The notes below the pieces were generated by a model. The model saw nothing but the letters and a program-made list of their open reading frames with translations, ran no database searches and was not told the origin of the DNA. A stretch of DNA of 64,000 nucleotides from Eukaryota sp. GEM-RC1 (taxonomy: Eukaryota), in assembly GCA_040285855.1 (NCBI GenBank), contig JAUFOQ010000002.1, positions 2,852,001-2,916,000 on the forward strand. Direction: 5' to 3'. Both the position numbers and the translations under genes were made by a program. Every line of letters begins with the position of its first letter. The first letter of the stretch is position 1. Shown piece by piece: positions 34,826 to 49,309 of the stretch.

Positions 34826-36427
34826 TTAATTGAGTCGTAAAGACTAATTGACCATGCACAAGGTGTGAGAAGTTAAAAATCTTTTGTTTTCCACAACCAA
34901 GAACAACGATTCAGAAATTCAAACAAAAATTCTCCAAAGACTCCAAAAAGGCACATTCATTCATGTATTCGTTGCTTTGGATCTTTTAGAAGCATGGTCA
35001 AATTGTAGATCTGGATTTTGGTAAACAAGTGTCGTTGGCAATGCTTCCATTATGTTTTGGTGGTGATATACAATTTGGACGTGGTTTTCCACCTAAACAA
35101 ACTCTGGATGTACCTCGAAATTTCAATTCAATGTGTACCAATTTTGTGCCAACGGCAGTACTTTACAACTATTGTAGTCTTATTTAGGGAGGAGTTGTTC
35201 TAACCCAACACAAAAACCTTTTTGTTACCATCTTTGTCATGTATTAAAGCAACTAAGAGACCACCTGAAAAACCCTTCAAACTACAGCGATCGATCTCAA
35301 TCTGACCGTTGGTATCTCTTTTGATCTTAGCACGAGAAACAACTGGTTCCACAGTTGTGCCAAACGGATGACCAATAAGAAGAACACAATCGTTTTGTTC
35401 ACGAATCATAGCGTATTCCTTAACACTTTCTAAAACTATAAAGTTCCTAGCACTACATGAAAAGTTTAATTAAAGTAACCATACTTTATTTGTAAATTAA
35501 TGAAATTTTGTAATGTACAGAAATTAACAAACTACATGTACATGTATTAGTACTTAAAGATATTAAATGCTCTACATATACTCTACGAACCACGATACAA
35601 TTCGTCCGGAATACGATTTAAATACTTTGGAACACTTCTATACAATGAAAACACAATGCAATTGCACGATAGAGGTTTCTGAAAGAAGATTACGTACACC
35701 CACGAAATGATTTTGAAACAATAATATCAATGAGAATCCTCAGCAACATTACCATGAACGAAAATAATGACTAGACTTTTACTTCGAATCTGACAGAATT
35801 TCGCAGAATTTCTGGAATTCGGGGTTATTGACGACATTAGGAGCAATTCCACAAGATGATAACATATCAACTAAAGCAACATCGCATCTGTCTTTAAATA
35901 TGTCTTTAAGTCTAGTAGCCAACATGTTAAGAGCTAATGACTACTCATGCAAAGTGTACTACACGAACCCATGTGACCATGTTTGTATGGACCATTTGTA
36001 TCAACTTGATTTTAAACAATCTTTAGCTATTGTACCAACTTTTCAGAATTTTCAAATAATATCTTTTCAAGTTTAGTGTGCTTGATTTCCAAAAACTCTA
36101 TTGGTCCTGAAGGTGCCAGAGCATTGGCGGAGTCCTGAAAGTGAATTAAACAATGGTTCAAATTTATCGTGGCAGCTCTATCGACACTGAAGGTCCTAGA
36201 CAGTACATATGGATGCAAATGTGTAGCACACAACTCCATTGTACATCATGATATAGCACTACTTTCAGTGATTTCTCACAACTCAAGAAAAACTGATGTG
36301 CTCGTATTGTAAAAGAAATTGACGACTCAGTAAACACAAAATAGTGGTGTGATGTCAATTATTGAATTCTGTTGAATTCCGAATCTCTTGATGACTTTCT
36401 GGTCACGAAAATTAGAAATCACTCCTA

Positions 36428-37026
36428 TGACTTCCTTTCATAAACTCAGCTGTTGGACAGTTGAAGCTTGTGATTTTCTTGGCCTCTCATCTACTTGCAA
36501 GAGATTGACCGTCGATTGGTTATCAACAATATATCACAACAAATCGTACTTCCCTCATTTAAATATCATAGCCTGTGCTCCTGCTACCATTGTTCTTACA
36601 TCTGCAGCAGTAGGGGAATCATTAAATGTTGATCTTGCCTTTGTGTGCAGTTTGATAGGCAATGAAGTGACTGTAGAGCAGATACGCTCCACATTGAACA
36701 TCCTCTACTGGATATATCATTATTACCGCCATCCAAGTCTGGTCCAAGTAGAAGCTATTTCAACTTTGTTTTTCGAAAGAGGAAAATGTTCACACAACCA
36801 GAGTCTGCTAATCCGAAAAATGACATCTAGTCTTATTGTGAGGTTACTGAATGGGTTGGATGATATCAATTTGTCCCTCCCTTCTTTGCATCTCACATTC
36901 TTTGTCATGAGAAAAGTATGTAAACAGTTTGCAGAGTTGGGAGCTCTTGATGTGCTGTATGAAGTCGTTGATTGTACCCAAGTTTCTGAGTTGGAATGTG
37001 CTATAGTTCCTAATTATTCTCCTTGA
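36428..37026 (+). CDS. Hypothetical protein, possibly cyclin-fold
   Basis: Open 199-codon frame; WTVEACDFLGLSSTCKRLTVDWL resembles a cyclin-box start. Confidence 0.4.
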
Positions 37027-37685
37027 TCTGCTTGTACAGTTGTGTATATGTGTAAAGTTGTAACATAATGTCTTTTTCACACGTTTCTACTCTAAATACG
37101 GAGTCACTAGACAGGCATTGCTGTGATGTAAACCCAAATCTGTAAGACCATATATCTTTGAATTAGACAAAATATAATTATAGAGAAACTTTTGGAGATA
37201 TAGTACAATGTAGTACTATATTATAATACAACTGTATTACTGATGTTGGAAAGCAAATGTTCCGTACCGCGGCGATTTTAGGCGTAACGTACCGTACCAT
37301 ACGTACGTACGGTACATGTACCGGTACTATACTTTTGACCGACAATAATAAAGTAATACTATTTTAAACATGATAATACATTGTGAGATTTTAACAGCTA
37401 CCAACGTCATACATCCAACCGTTAAACATAGCTCGTGATATCAAAGTCACGAATATCTTTCCTATTCAAATTTAGGGTATATCATATGCTGACCACAACT
37501 GTTCCAAAATGCAAATGGTACATTATATGCATAGGAATCGCATGAAATCAGCAATAGTAGCGTTTTCGTCTCACAATGCATTTAACAAGTGACTGAAACG
37601 AGCTATAACAATGATAATGGGCCCATAAACCCAAAGAGTGTATTTCTAAACGAATTAACTGAATTGCACTGAACCTTTGAACTTA

Positions 37686-38206
37686 ATGCCTCAGCCTACT
37701 GAAGAACGTATTCGTATCCACTTTGACTCTATTTCTGAAGCCAATGCTGCTTCATTGACTCTTGTTAAACCTTCTTGTATGGGTTTTTCTCCTTGACCTA
37801 AGATATTGAAATCAATGATATAGTTCCTGATCTTTCTGATGTCAACTTAAAGGCAGCTCTTGTTTACAGAATTACTCACGTATTTGACAGGAAAGCTGGC
37901 AATGGATCGTCGGTTCGCATATTCGATGTAGTTCTTGGAGATGAAAGTGGTTTGTGATCCCTTTCTTTGTTCATTCTAGGTATCATACACCTAGTTGCTC
38001 GTGAGGATCAATGTGACTTCTTTAAGGAGAAGTCTGTAGTTGAAATACTTGGTGCTCGGGTTGTTTTTTATAAGAATCACATTGTTTTGGAACTGGATCA
38101 GTGGTCCAAAGTTAATCCCGTGTCGGCATCCACACTAAATGATTCTCACATCAACATTGACAACAATATTTCTCGTGTCATTTTTGAAGAAGAAGAAACG
38201 GGGTAA
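37686..38206 (+). CDS. OB-fold single-strand nucleic-acid-binding protein, 2 introns
   Basis: Removing introns 37777-37802 and 37950-37979 restores the frame: VRIFDVVLGDESGIIHLVAREDQ..LELDQWSKV..NNISRV. Confidence 0.8.
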
Positions 38207-38678
38207 AAAGTACATATTTGGCATATTCAAAAAACCTGTAATTTGAGCGTATGAGTGGAATAAATGTGAGACATGGTTGTTTTTTTGTTATTCTTGTAAG
38301 AATGAATTTTTAATTATCTGACATTTGTAATGTTGGTATCAGCAAAGGAACTTGGAGATGTTAGTCACTCTTGCATAAGGTAGATGGAGGATCAAGTCAC
38401 GATGTTGACAGAGGCAATAAACATTTCAAATTTAGTAATTAGAATGATCCTTTGCTGCTAAACAACAAACGCCTTTACATATGCTAAACAATTTTTCTGT
38501 AGAAAATTGGTACAGTTGCTCTATTTACATTCGTTCTTGAGTCAAGAATCTTGACATGTACAATAAAGTTCATCGTATGAAGTTTTGTTATTGATAAATT
38601 TTGGACTCACAATTAGGACTTAAACTGTATTTGATTTGTTCTAATAATATATTCTGAACACATGCGCAATCTAATTTA

Positions 38679-39920
38679 CTAAAGAGAAACACTATGAACC
38701 TCCTCCAACTTGGACACAGTTTGCGTTTTAACAACCTTGTTAGGAACAGAAAAGCATCTCGCAGTGGCAGTATGGTCGCATATCCAGAAATCTCTCTTTG
38801 AGTATTCATTATCCAAATCAGATTCACCCAACATTCCTAAAAATCTAGGAGCAAAGCTGGGAGTAGGTGGCAAGCGTATAAAGAATGGATAGCGATCACA
38901 TTCTGTAGCAGAATACAGGGAAGAAACTTCTGAATCTGATTCCAGTTGAGTCTGTTTCTGTGAATGTAGTTGGAAAAAATGAATGGTTTCACGGTCGGAT
39001 GACACACAGAGAAATGGTGGCTGTACAAGGAGAAAGTTGACGCTCGCACTTACATGTCCTCTACGATATGCAGTAACAGGAGGACTGTCAATCTGTAAAT
39101 TACTGAGGTTAAATACTCGCGCAATGGTTCCTCTTGTTGAAGCAGTAGCAAGATATTTACCATTGGGACTATAATTCATCGCAACCAACCCATGATTATG
39201 TGCTTTGAAAGTGTATATAGGCTGTCTGGTCCGTAAGTCAAACACCGAAACATGTCCGGTCTTCTTCGGCTCAGCATAAGCGATTCTATGCGCCCCAGAA
39301 AAGTCATAAGCACACAATGGAAAACTTCCCTCCATGGTCTCGATAGAACATATCTTCTTCAGGTTGGTCAGTGCATATACCTCAATCTGGTTATGATGGA
39401 TGATGAGCAAGTGTCCTTCGTATAACTTTAGACCAACAACAGTAGACTTGTTGACAGTGAGATGGCCATTGCTAATCGGTCTTGATGCCTTAATTTCCAA
39501 AACCTCTATATACATGTTTTCCACATTTTCATCGTCTCTTGCAATAGCTATGAAGGATATTGGTGAACCAGAAATAGAAGCAAATCTATGTTGAGTTCTA
39601 GTAGCTGATATACCTGATGTTGGATGCTCCAATTCTTGCTTTGAGAGAAACTTGATTGGGACCACTGAATTCGTAAGCAGTTAGTGAACCGACTCTTACA
39701 ACACCAAAAGCAGAAGAGTCTTCATTAGAACAATATGAAAGGACGGACATGACACAGTGTAGATCTCCTTGTAGAACTCTTACAGAATCTGAAAAAATCT
39801 GTTTGTTTTAGGCATCTTTCAATGTTTACAGTAGTCAGATCTAGACTTTCTCTAAGATATCCACGGAATATGTCTGGCTCAGTGAGTGTTGATATTGAGG
39901 AAAACCGGTATAATGTACCC
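38679..39920 (-). CDS. PROPPIN / ATG18-WIPI-like WD40 protein (5' exons approximate)
   Basis: FKAHNHGL, SPNGKYLATASTRGTIARVF, YRRG (FRRG-like), SSDRETIHFF. Confidence 0.85.
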
Positions 39921-41485
39921 AAGATTCAACTCACTAGTATGACAAAAGCAACTTATGCGGAGTAATCAGCAACACAGTGTAGATGATGGCCAATGACAAT
40001 TAATTGTCGATATACTGGTACTTCTTGGTAAGAAGAATTGAAGAGAGTATTTATCAGTGTTGTTGGGTGCGATCTGGGGGTTTGGTTTTTTTTGACCTTC
40101 ATGTTGAATCGCACCCCCCCCCCTCAAATCTTTTTTTTGGAAGAACTCCTCTCCTTACAAGATAACTGCGATGGTAGTTCAAAATGACAATGGCTGCTCT
40201 CTTACTGTAACATCTTTCCCAATCTGTAATCCATCATCAGTAAAAAACTGTATTGAACCACAAACAACCTAATCTATCAATTCTGAACTAAATTGGGGAT
40301 CAACAAAGAATGGTTCTCCCAAGTCCTCAGTCATCAAAAGCTCCAGAACTTCGCTTTCATTGACAACAACAGCTTCACTGTTAACTTCATCTTCTTCTTC
40401 ACTCATCTCAACATCTGATACGACAACTTCACTATCATCTTCATGTTCAACTACATTTGATTCTTGTGCTGATCTCTGATAATCTACAGAGTTAGTTTAA
40501 ATACTGGGGATAAATACTATTTATCTATCCTTTTGCAGCTTCCTCCGCTCGTGCTCATTCTTCAACAACGTCTAGAGTCCACCACTTTTTCTCAATTCAT
40601 AACATTCTTCGTCCCATCTTTCAATTTGTCTTGACTGAGTGTTTCTCTCTATTGTTCAACGAGGTTGTCATGAAGAGAGTTCATTCTTCTCATGATCCCC
40701 TCCCAGTTACATCTGCCCTGCCCTGATTCTGCTGATGATCTCCACTTCATCCATTCGCCGCTCTTTGCTTCTCTCCAAAGAAAGGTCTATTAGATCTTCT
40801 CAAGTTGCTGTATTCCGACTTCCTGTTATCATCATCACGTCATCAGTTCATCACGTTCAAGAAAGAAAGAGTGCAGTTCTCACCTTCCCAACTCTGAGGT
40901 CTATTTCTGAACTGATCTCGTGATAATCACGTGATTCATTTTCTTTTTACTGTGAAGTTGTTGAAGAGTTACTTTCTCACCTACGTTTCTTACTGCCAAT
41001 CTCATTCTTTAAAGAAATCTATTTTCAATTGATTCCAATGTAATTCTATTCGATGGGGAAAGAAATTTTCTGCATTTAGAGTTTCTTTTTCATTTGATCT
41101 CCAAATATTTAAAAATTGTCTTCTTCGAAATGTAATTTCTTCATTTGTCAATTGTTTCTTTTTGATATTGATAATTGGAAGAATCCTTATACATTCCTTC
41201 AAGTTTTCAAATCTTAAGTTTTAAATACCCATCCTTGCCGATCAGGTTACATGTTAAATTGAGAAAGTTTCAATGATGAATTAACGTTCAGAGCCATGAC
41301 TTCTTTATCGTAGATTGCATTCTCGGATAGTCACAGTTTCTTAACAGCAGTGTTAATCATTAGCGCGTCAGCCAAGGTTTTAACTGTCTCATTTGGAATA
41401 GAGTTATTATAAAGAAAAATGTTTCTTATTGATGAACTCACTTTTATTATATGAGCCAATGTTAAAAAAATCTGGGAGTAGAGAT

Positions 41486-41592
41486 TAGGGCTCCCAATTC
41501 ACCCGGGTGGGGTCACCCCAACCTCAATCTTTGAGAATAACCCGGGTGACCCCAAACCTAAAACCGGGTGAAGTCACCCGGCTCACCCAGGA
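41486..41592. repeat. GC-rich cacccgg/ccgggtg repeat cluster, probable transposon end
   Basis: tagggctc followed by several direct and inverted cacccgg motifs. No partner end found. Confidence 0.4.
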
Positions 41593-42067
41593 AAAGTATA
41601 AACTAGTACTCGTAATAAAATACCTGAAATTTGAAATATGTTATATATTCAAACAATTAACTCAAGAACTTAATGATGTTTCTAATAATCAAACAATGGC
41701 TAGTCTTGAGAAGGTTCTGGAAACCTTTCCAACATCTCATCGGTCAGTTTTTCACCCATATCCAAGCCCAGGAACAACTCCACTCCAACATTTTAAGCAG
41801 ACTCGTGCTCGAAGTGATTCATCAGTAAGTGATGCTCTTTGCAGAAGAAAGCCATCCAGTCGGACGTTGAAGTTTTGTGACAGTGACGGGGGGTGAAGGG
41901 AAGTCAGGTTAAATCGTAACCCGCCATCCTTGTTACGTAGAGTACTAGACATTAATGGTTAGGAAGGTACTAGTAAAAAAATTTTGTACAAAAGTCTTAC
42001 TGTTCATGTAACAATTGTTTCTACTGTAATTTTGATTTTGTGTATTGAGTCAACTAGATATTAAAAC

Positions 42068-42837
42068 CATAGCTGTCAAATACAACCAACACGTGTTTGA
42101 AAAATACAAAAATACAAAAATACACACGAAAATACAAAAATACAAGTAATACAAATTGATTTATTAAAAACTATAACTATTTGTTGTTTGTTGCTCAAAT
42201 TATTGGAATAAGCTAAGTAGGTTTGTGACTACAATACTCTTGAGTTAGAAAACTGATTCTTCACTTTCTAACAGATTTTCGTCTTCTCTCATCTTCATAA
42301 TACGTGATCTATTTTTACGCCGTGGCTTTCCAGCTTCAGGGGAGAAACAATTCATTATTAGATCACTGCTATATATTGGGAGGTCCCTTTGGGGTTGCTG
42401 ATAGCAACCATACTCCAAAGAGGATTCCCACCCTTGACGTGACGTAAAGAACAGTTGACAGGGGGGGTTTTACTAGGAGAGGGTTGTATCATAATTGTTG
42501 AGAGAAGTAATTTACCAACTGTGAAAGCACCAACAATAATTATTGTTGGTGCTTTCACCAATGGAATGAAGAAAAGCTTGTTTATTGATCTATACAAGAA
42601 AGAAGAGATACTGCCACGTCACTATTCACTAACACTGTATTAGCAGTAGCAGAGATGTTACCGCAACAACTAGAATCAAATTTATGAACCAATGCCGTTA
42701 GTTGATTGATCTACACATACTAACCATGGCTTTCAACGGTTTAGATAGTACAATCAGAGAAATATTGAAATCTAGCGAAATTCGTTCAAAAATACAAAAT
42801 ACACTAAAAATACACAAAAGTGTATTTTTCAGCTATG
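42068..42837. mobile_element. Probable non-autonomous hAT-like element
   Basis: Inverted ends catagctgtcaaatac / gtatttttcagctatg; aaaatac repeats at both subtermini. Confidence 0.5.
42521..42558. repeat. Perfect 38-bp palindrome
   Basis: gtgaaagcaccaacaataattattgttggtgctttcac equals its own reverse complement. Confidence 0.95.
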
Positions 42838-42999
42838 CATAAAATGCCGTTGATTACAAGGGACAATATAACGAATACGAAATTCAAATAGATAGTTCTT
42901 TAAACACCCCAAAAAAGCACATTCACGTAAATATGTAGCTTTTGGAAAAAACAATGCATCCATAAATAGTTGAAGAGCAACAATGAGCTGGTAGAGTAT

Positions 43000-43584
43000 C
43001 TAAACCACCAACCAAATTATATAAAATATTGTCCTCAACTTGTTAAAATTTCTTGAAAACTCGCAAGTAACCTCAGGCGGAAGACGTTTCAGCCAGTGAT
43101 TTATCTTAACAGCAAAACAAACCGGCAACACAGTAAAAGACACTTGCTTGCCAACATCCAAATCCAAAATTTGTTTCAATTGACAGAAAATGGAATCATT
43201 TTTGTCTTTCAACTTTTTCTTTGTTTCATTCAAATTACCAATGGAATTTGCTAGAAAGTTAATACTGTTTTCTGAGCAATTGAAAAGGAATCGGGTCATG
43301 ACATGCAAATGAATCTCTTTTGAGACCATCATTGACACACCTCTTAATTTTAATAGATGAACCAACTGACTCTGACAGACAAACAACACGAACAAAACCA
43401 CGGGTAAAAAAAGATCAAAAGTACCAACCAAAGATGTAACATCAGCGTAAGAATTAATTCTTATTTCTGGAAATTCAACAGAAAATGATCTCAAAATCTT
43501 CCATAAGGGCAAACAGAATAGAAAGGGACCCAAAGTTTCACCTTGTTTAACTCCACGTGAAGAAATAACATTGTAATCGACCAC
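43000..43584 (-). pseudogene. Decayed non-LTR reverse transcriptase fragment
   Basis: SSRGVKQGETLGPFLFCL, SYADVT (degraded YADD), KINHWLKRLPP. Confidence 0.8.
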
Positions 43585-44914
43585 AAGAGGGGAATGAAAT
43601 TTGTTAATATTGATGATAATCTTAATTTGAATGATTAAATAAGAGGAGTTTCAGCAGAACCATGTCTATCTTAAACATGTTCTCAATCTAAATTGGAAAA
43701 CAGCATTTGTGAGCGTATCAACGTTTATGTAGCATTCACAGAGACAATCTAACGAACTACCTACTAATAATTCTGAAAAAGTAGTTACCACCAAACAACT
43801 TGGCTAAAATACAAACAACATCTACCTACATTGACTTATATAGAAAAAGCAAATTTACTCTTCCAGTAGAACCTGTTAAACTTCCTACCAAATTTCGAAA
43901 TTATTTGAGCAACTGCTTACTATAAAGCGATATTTGTTTAAAAAAGTGAAAATGATCGAAAGATATTTTCTTTGTTAATTCTTTAATTCGTTAAATCAAT
44001 CGCACAGAAACTTATGAGGACCTCTTATAGTTCTGTGTCTGTAGAGGATTTACTCTGGAACACTCTTATTAGTTTTTAGTTGTTGTGCCACGTGTTGAAG
44101 TTGGTTTCACTTACTGTCAGATTCCTTGATTGGTTTTAAATGAATTAAGAGACTAACAGAAATACATAACTGCTACCATGTCGGTCTCATTTAATTCCAT
44201 TGCTTTAAGATACTAAGTCACTTGTTCCACTGAATAAATATGTATTGTTCAATTGTTGGATGTTAGCCATTACTTTCGCTATTCTTAAATCAGTGTGGAT
44301 AAACGTTCGGTCCATATCGATTTATTTTAACCACATCAATGAAAAGTTTATGTTACTAGTAAATAAAGACATTTTCATAAATGTGTTCAAATAATATCAT
44401 TTCCAAAGTGGTGATGTAAAAAAACAGAATACCGTACATTTTTCACAACAACCTTGAAAAGTATTTACGACTACTACTTTTGTACATCAATGTTCCAAAG
44501 TAAAGGAATATTCATTCGTCAAAGCCAGTATCATGACAACAAAATCAGTTCTCTGTTTCTTGTGGTCGTTTCATATAACCAACGACTCTTTGAGTTTACT
44601 TAATATGTTTGTTTCAAGAAGTCGTTCGTAACATTGCGATGTCTATTTAAGAATATACTTAAAAGCAAAGACGTTCACGTGTGATGCTTAGGCTCCGTAT
44701 CTACCAGTTAAATTGTGCAGAGGCTACACTCAGCAAATTGTGCACTGATGAATTGAAAGGGTGTGTTTGCCGCGATTAGTACTGTACTTGGGTATCACAT
44801 GGTGAAAAAAAACTACTTTTCGGAATTAGGTAGTTCGTTTGATAATTTGTTTTAATAGTGTTTATTTATTTGTTGATTTCTTATTATGTGTTTTTCTCCG
44901 CAAATAAATCCGTT

Positions 44915-45290
44915 TTCTTAAAGGAATAGCAACACCTTCATGCAAAACAGTGTCATCCACACGACCAATAACAACACAATTGCTCAAATTGATTTTCAAA
45001 CCAATTTGACCAGAAAGATCAACGAATCGTGCAAAACTTGGTTTCAAAGTATGCATTTTGCCAACCAAAGAAGTGTCATTAGCATACGAATTAATCATTA
45101 TACCTGGAAACTCACTATGGAAAACTCGTAACACTTTCTGCAAAGGCAAACAAAAAGAAAAAGGGCCAAGAGGATCACCTTACTTCACACCACGAGACGA
45201 TTTCAAACAAAATTCGTTAAAAATCAAATCAGTAGGACTTCCATAAAATGCTTCAAAATATGGAACAAGTTCAGGAAAATGCTCCATCCC
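44915..45290 (-). pseudogene. Decayed non-LTR reverse transcriptase fragment
   Basis: SSRGVK*GDPLGPFSFCL, SYANDT, IGLKINLSNC. Confidence 0.8.
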
Positions 45291-45534
45291 ATGGTGTGTT
45301 TAACAGTAAGATATATCAATTTTATAAATTTCAATGATCTACTTTAAGAAACGGGACCTCTCAGAATTGGTCTCAGTACAAATTGTTCGAATTGCTGAAT
45401 AAAAAACTGTCTTGCTTTATTTGGCACAAGTCAAAGTACACTTGTGAACATTAATTCAAGAGCACAATACCTAAACGAAAACTGAGGGAATTCATTAAAT
45501 AGAAAAGTAAATACAAATGCAAACTATAAAAATA

Positions 45535-46667
45535 CTACCAATCCTCAAAAAGCTTGTCAACATCTGGTGTAGGATCTCTATTCGGCATTCTAGAAGAAGG
45601 ATAAATCTCAAATAGAGAAGCATCACCAGCATGTCGAGGTTTTGGTCTAATCGGAGCAACCAATTCAGAATTAATAAGCTTATCCCAATCAATGTCACGG
45701 AAGAACTTGTGACGCTTCACATCACTTGCACCACCTCGGAAGCAACCTAGGCGTCGGAAGCGATCATGGACAAGCAAACGCTGGATAAGATCTCTAGTTG
45801 TAGGATCAAAATGCGGTGGAAATCGCAGCGGGTCATTGAGAATCATGCGGTAGGTCTTATACGGGTTATCAGAAGAAAAAGGAGCAAAGCCGGCAATCAT
45901 TTCATAGATTAAGATTCCCAACGCCCACCAATCCACTCCTTTGTTATGGCCACGACTCTGAATAATCTCTGGAGCTAGGTATTCGGGGGTTCCACACACT
46001 CTGTGGTAAGTAGAAAGATCAATATAACATACGTGAAAGTACGATCTTCGACTACTTTAGCGAAGCCAAAATCACAAATCTTCATGTTTCCGTTTGAGTC
46101 TAGTAACAGATTCTAAAGTTAGAGATGCGTGATTTAACAAACCTCAGGTTTCAGATCACGATACACGATGTTGTGGGAATGAAGATGTTCAAGTGCCAAA
46201 ACGATTTGCGCAGCATAATAACGAGCTGTATCGACGGGAAAACGTCGATGCCGCCGAAGATATGTAAACAACTCTCCACCATTAACAAACTCCATAACAA
46301 TGTAGATGTCCCGGGGAGAATTAGCTGTCCCCAATAGGTTAACAATGAAGGGATGTTCGATACGCGCAAGAATATCTCGCTCATTTATGATGTGAACAGT
46401 TTGTTTAAGAGAAACTATGTGCATTTTGTTCAAGACCTTGACTGCGCACCACTGTGACGAAGGTTTGTGAAAAGCAAGAAACACGTGGCCAAAGGTTCCA
46501 GTTCCGATAACCCGATCAAAAGTGAACTCAGAAAGCGAATATCGATGTTTAACTGGACGTCTCTCAGGAGGATGTGACGAATAGACAGTCTTGTCTGTAG
46601 TCTGTACATAAACATTTGATTCAGATGGCGGCACACTAAAGGCCCCCATGAACAATGATTGTGCCAT
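45535..46667 (-). CDS. cAMP-dependent protein kinase catalytic subunit (PKA-C/PRKX-like), 2 introns
   Basis: GTGTFG, YRDLKPEN, DFG, CGTPEYLAPE, VDWWALG, FEDW end. Introns 46113-46142 and 46001-46032. Confidence 0.93.
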
Positions 46668-46754
46668 AAAATCAACAGAAGGAAGAGAGGAAAGTGGGAA
46701 AAGAGAAGAAGATGTCCGCTTTTTGGTTTCCTCTTCGCTCCTTCTCTTTCTAAA

Positions 46755-47306
46755 ATGGCTCGAAACTCTGAAAAGGCTCTTTCAATGATGAACAAATGGG
46801 TTGCTATGAAGTCCCAGGAGCATTATGCTCGATACCACAAAGAAGAAGTTCGACCCGATAATCCAAATCATGTCAAGTCCATTCAGGACTGTGAGAAGTG
46901 GCGACGCCAACTTTTAGCAGAAATTGCTTCTAAAATTGTTAAGGTCCAGAACCTTGGACTCTCCAAGGACGATTCCTTATCTTTAAATGATGAAATTAAC
47001 AATCTTTTAGTAGTAAAAAGCAAATGGGAACAGCGCATACAGACATTGGGAGGTCCTGATTACTCTTTTGTGTCATCTAAGCTTTTACAGGAAGCCACTT
47101 ACTCACCATCCGCATCATTGTATTTCTTTGGCTCGGCAAAGCAGTACATGCCTGTTCTTGCTTCACCAACGGTGGAGAGCAAAGAAACTATTTCTAGAAG
47201 CAAATTGATTTCTATAGCAAACTCTTTTTATTTCGGATTCAATGATGAATCTGAAGAACTTTTGGAAGCTGAATCTAAAGCTGAAAGTGCTGTTATGAAT
47301 ACGTAA
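46755..47306 (+). CDS. ISY1: Pre-mRNA splicing factor ISY1
   Basis: MARNSEKALSMMNKW, CEKWRRQ, LNDEINNL, WEQRIQTLGGPDY. Confidence 0.92.
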   Translation: MARNSEKALSMMNKWVAMKSQEHYARYHKEEVRPDNPNHVKSIQDCEKWRRQLLAEIASKIVKVQNLGLSKDDSLSLNDEINNLLVVKSKWEQRIQTLGGPDYSFVSSKLLQEATYSPSASLYFFGSAKQYMPVLASPTVESKETISRSKLISIANSFYFGFNDESEELLEAESKAESAVMNT

Positions 47307-48299
47307 CTGGCGAAACTTTATGATTACCTCACTTTTACTCTGAATGTCCGTTGGTCAACTTTTTAAGTTTAGTCGATCAATTCATATATATTACGGACTC
47401 AGGAATTTCATGTGTGGAAATTCTGTTAGGATTTTCTTTGTGCAATTGTTTTTTTGGACATTGATTTACCGAAGCATTACAATGTATAATGTTTGTTGTG
47501 GACATCAAAAATCTTTAGGTTGCTAGTCCTACTCTTCTCTAGTTGGAAGCATTATATTTGGAATCAAGTTAGTATGGAACTTTACACGTCATCAACTCTT
47601 TTCGTTGTAATTGTTTATTTAGCATTCTATGTTATATGTATCTGTTTTCTAGTCCCAAGTATAGTAAACCGTGAATACAGTGTATCCGATATAGAGAGTG
47701 TATAATTAATGTTTTCACTGTCGACATTCTTTTCAACATTGTGGTTCTGAACCGTTCATTGATGCCTTTCAGTGTTAAACAAATGATGATAACTACATGC
47801 ATGTAGTTGTGTATACTGAACTTTGTTAAAAAACTGTTTCAGCTGTAGGTTTAAAAGCTTAATTAAGTATACTTTTGTTTCGAGGTCAGTCTCTTTAGGA
47901 GAATCAATAGTATTATGCAGTTATGTATATTGTAATCAAAACTTAATTCGGTACCTAATAAGGAAACCTTCTTACAAAACTGTGAAATTGCAAAAACAAA
48001 CATCTAATACTAAGATTAAATCCAAACGACTTCATCACCACCCGGTAAAAGATTACGCTTTTCAACATTAACCTTCACACCAAACTTGTACAATTTCTCA
48101 ATCAATTGAGAGAAATAGAAAGGCATATTCCGATATATGGAAAATACTATACGGGTTTTCCATCCAGCCATTCTAAACTTACGCTTCTTGTCTTTACACA
48201 GTTCTTCGAAATCCTTGACAAATTGATCACCAGCAAGACTAATCGATCTAAAAAGAGAAACAGCAAAAGGTTGAAATACAAATTTGGAATATGAGTTTC

Positions 48300-48957
48300 G
48301 ATTTTATTCTTCTACTTGAGAGTCATACTTGGAGTGTTTCAGCTTGTCAGCTGTTAACGGATTAAAAGAAGAATCAAATATCCTACTAACACAAGATTTG
48401 TTACAAACATCTACTGTAGTAAAATCCATCAATGAATGACTAGATTTAAGCCACTGAGTATGGAGATCCCCTCTTTTTGATCTGAAAATTCATTTTCATA
48501 AAGGTGATTCAAAACTGGTTCAACTTTAGAGTGAAAACCATGTGCTTTAAACATGGAATAACAAGAATCACGTACACCATCATGAATTACTGCACGTAAA
48601 TGAATAAATTTTTTTCATGTATTTTTTATATTATAAATGTAATAGATCAAACAAATAGAATTTGATATCATTAAAACAACACCCGTCGCTATCAAACCTT
48701 ACAACAGCTTTGTCCTCATAAAACGAACTCACTGCTAATAAAGCTTTGGAGATGATTAGGGGAACTGTTTTAAAAACAGTAAAAACGATCCGATTCAACC
48801 ATAACATATGATCAAAACGTTTGTTCATCCTATTTTTTACGATTTTTCCGAAATCGTTTAAAAAATTCAATGGACTTTTTCCTAAACGTCCGTAAATTGA
48901 AACGGCAAAAGGGCATAATTCGTACTCAACATGTTTTACATGTTTTAAAGCCATCAA
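48300..48957 (-). mobile_element. Two RLE-type non-LTR retrotransposon 3' fragments
   Basis: RAVIHDGVRD..KVEP..GDL..MDFTTVD (48300-48620) and PFAVSIYGRLG..WLNRIVF (48631-48957). Confidence 0.7.
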
Positions 48958-49309
48958 TGGTTTTCTGTACTTATCCTGTTTGGCCTGTTCAGAAATGTCT
49001 AAAGGAGAAGTTTCAGACGAAGCGTTCTTTAAAGATGTCTTTTACAAACATCCTCTGACACTACATCAACAACAAACAATTTGTCTGAAGAAGAAGGGAC
49101 AACAACATCTGCTCTCCGTTTACCAACAAATTGGTTCTGTTTTTCGACATTACAATTATTATTATTAATGAATAAAATAACGACAATTAATTAAATGACA
49201 AAAAATGCATTAGCTCTACAAGAGCAAGTTGAATAGTTTAATAAATTTGCAGGCCAAATAGCCAAACGAAGACGCATATTGATCATCCAAGCTTCATCAG
49301 ATAGATAGA

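Noticed and set aside
34900..35409. Trypsin-like protease fragment (SLKGFSGGLLV)
   Set aside because: Short, interrupted and without the rest of the triad; at most a pseudogene remnant.
37255..37330. gtac-rich palindromic patch
   Set aside because: No clear TIR/TSD pair; probably a decayed MITE interior.
40150..41000. Coding-like acidic stretch on the minus strand
   Set aside because: Several stops and no recognisable domain.
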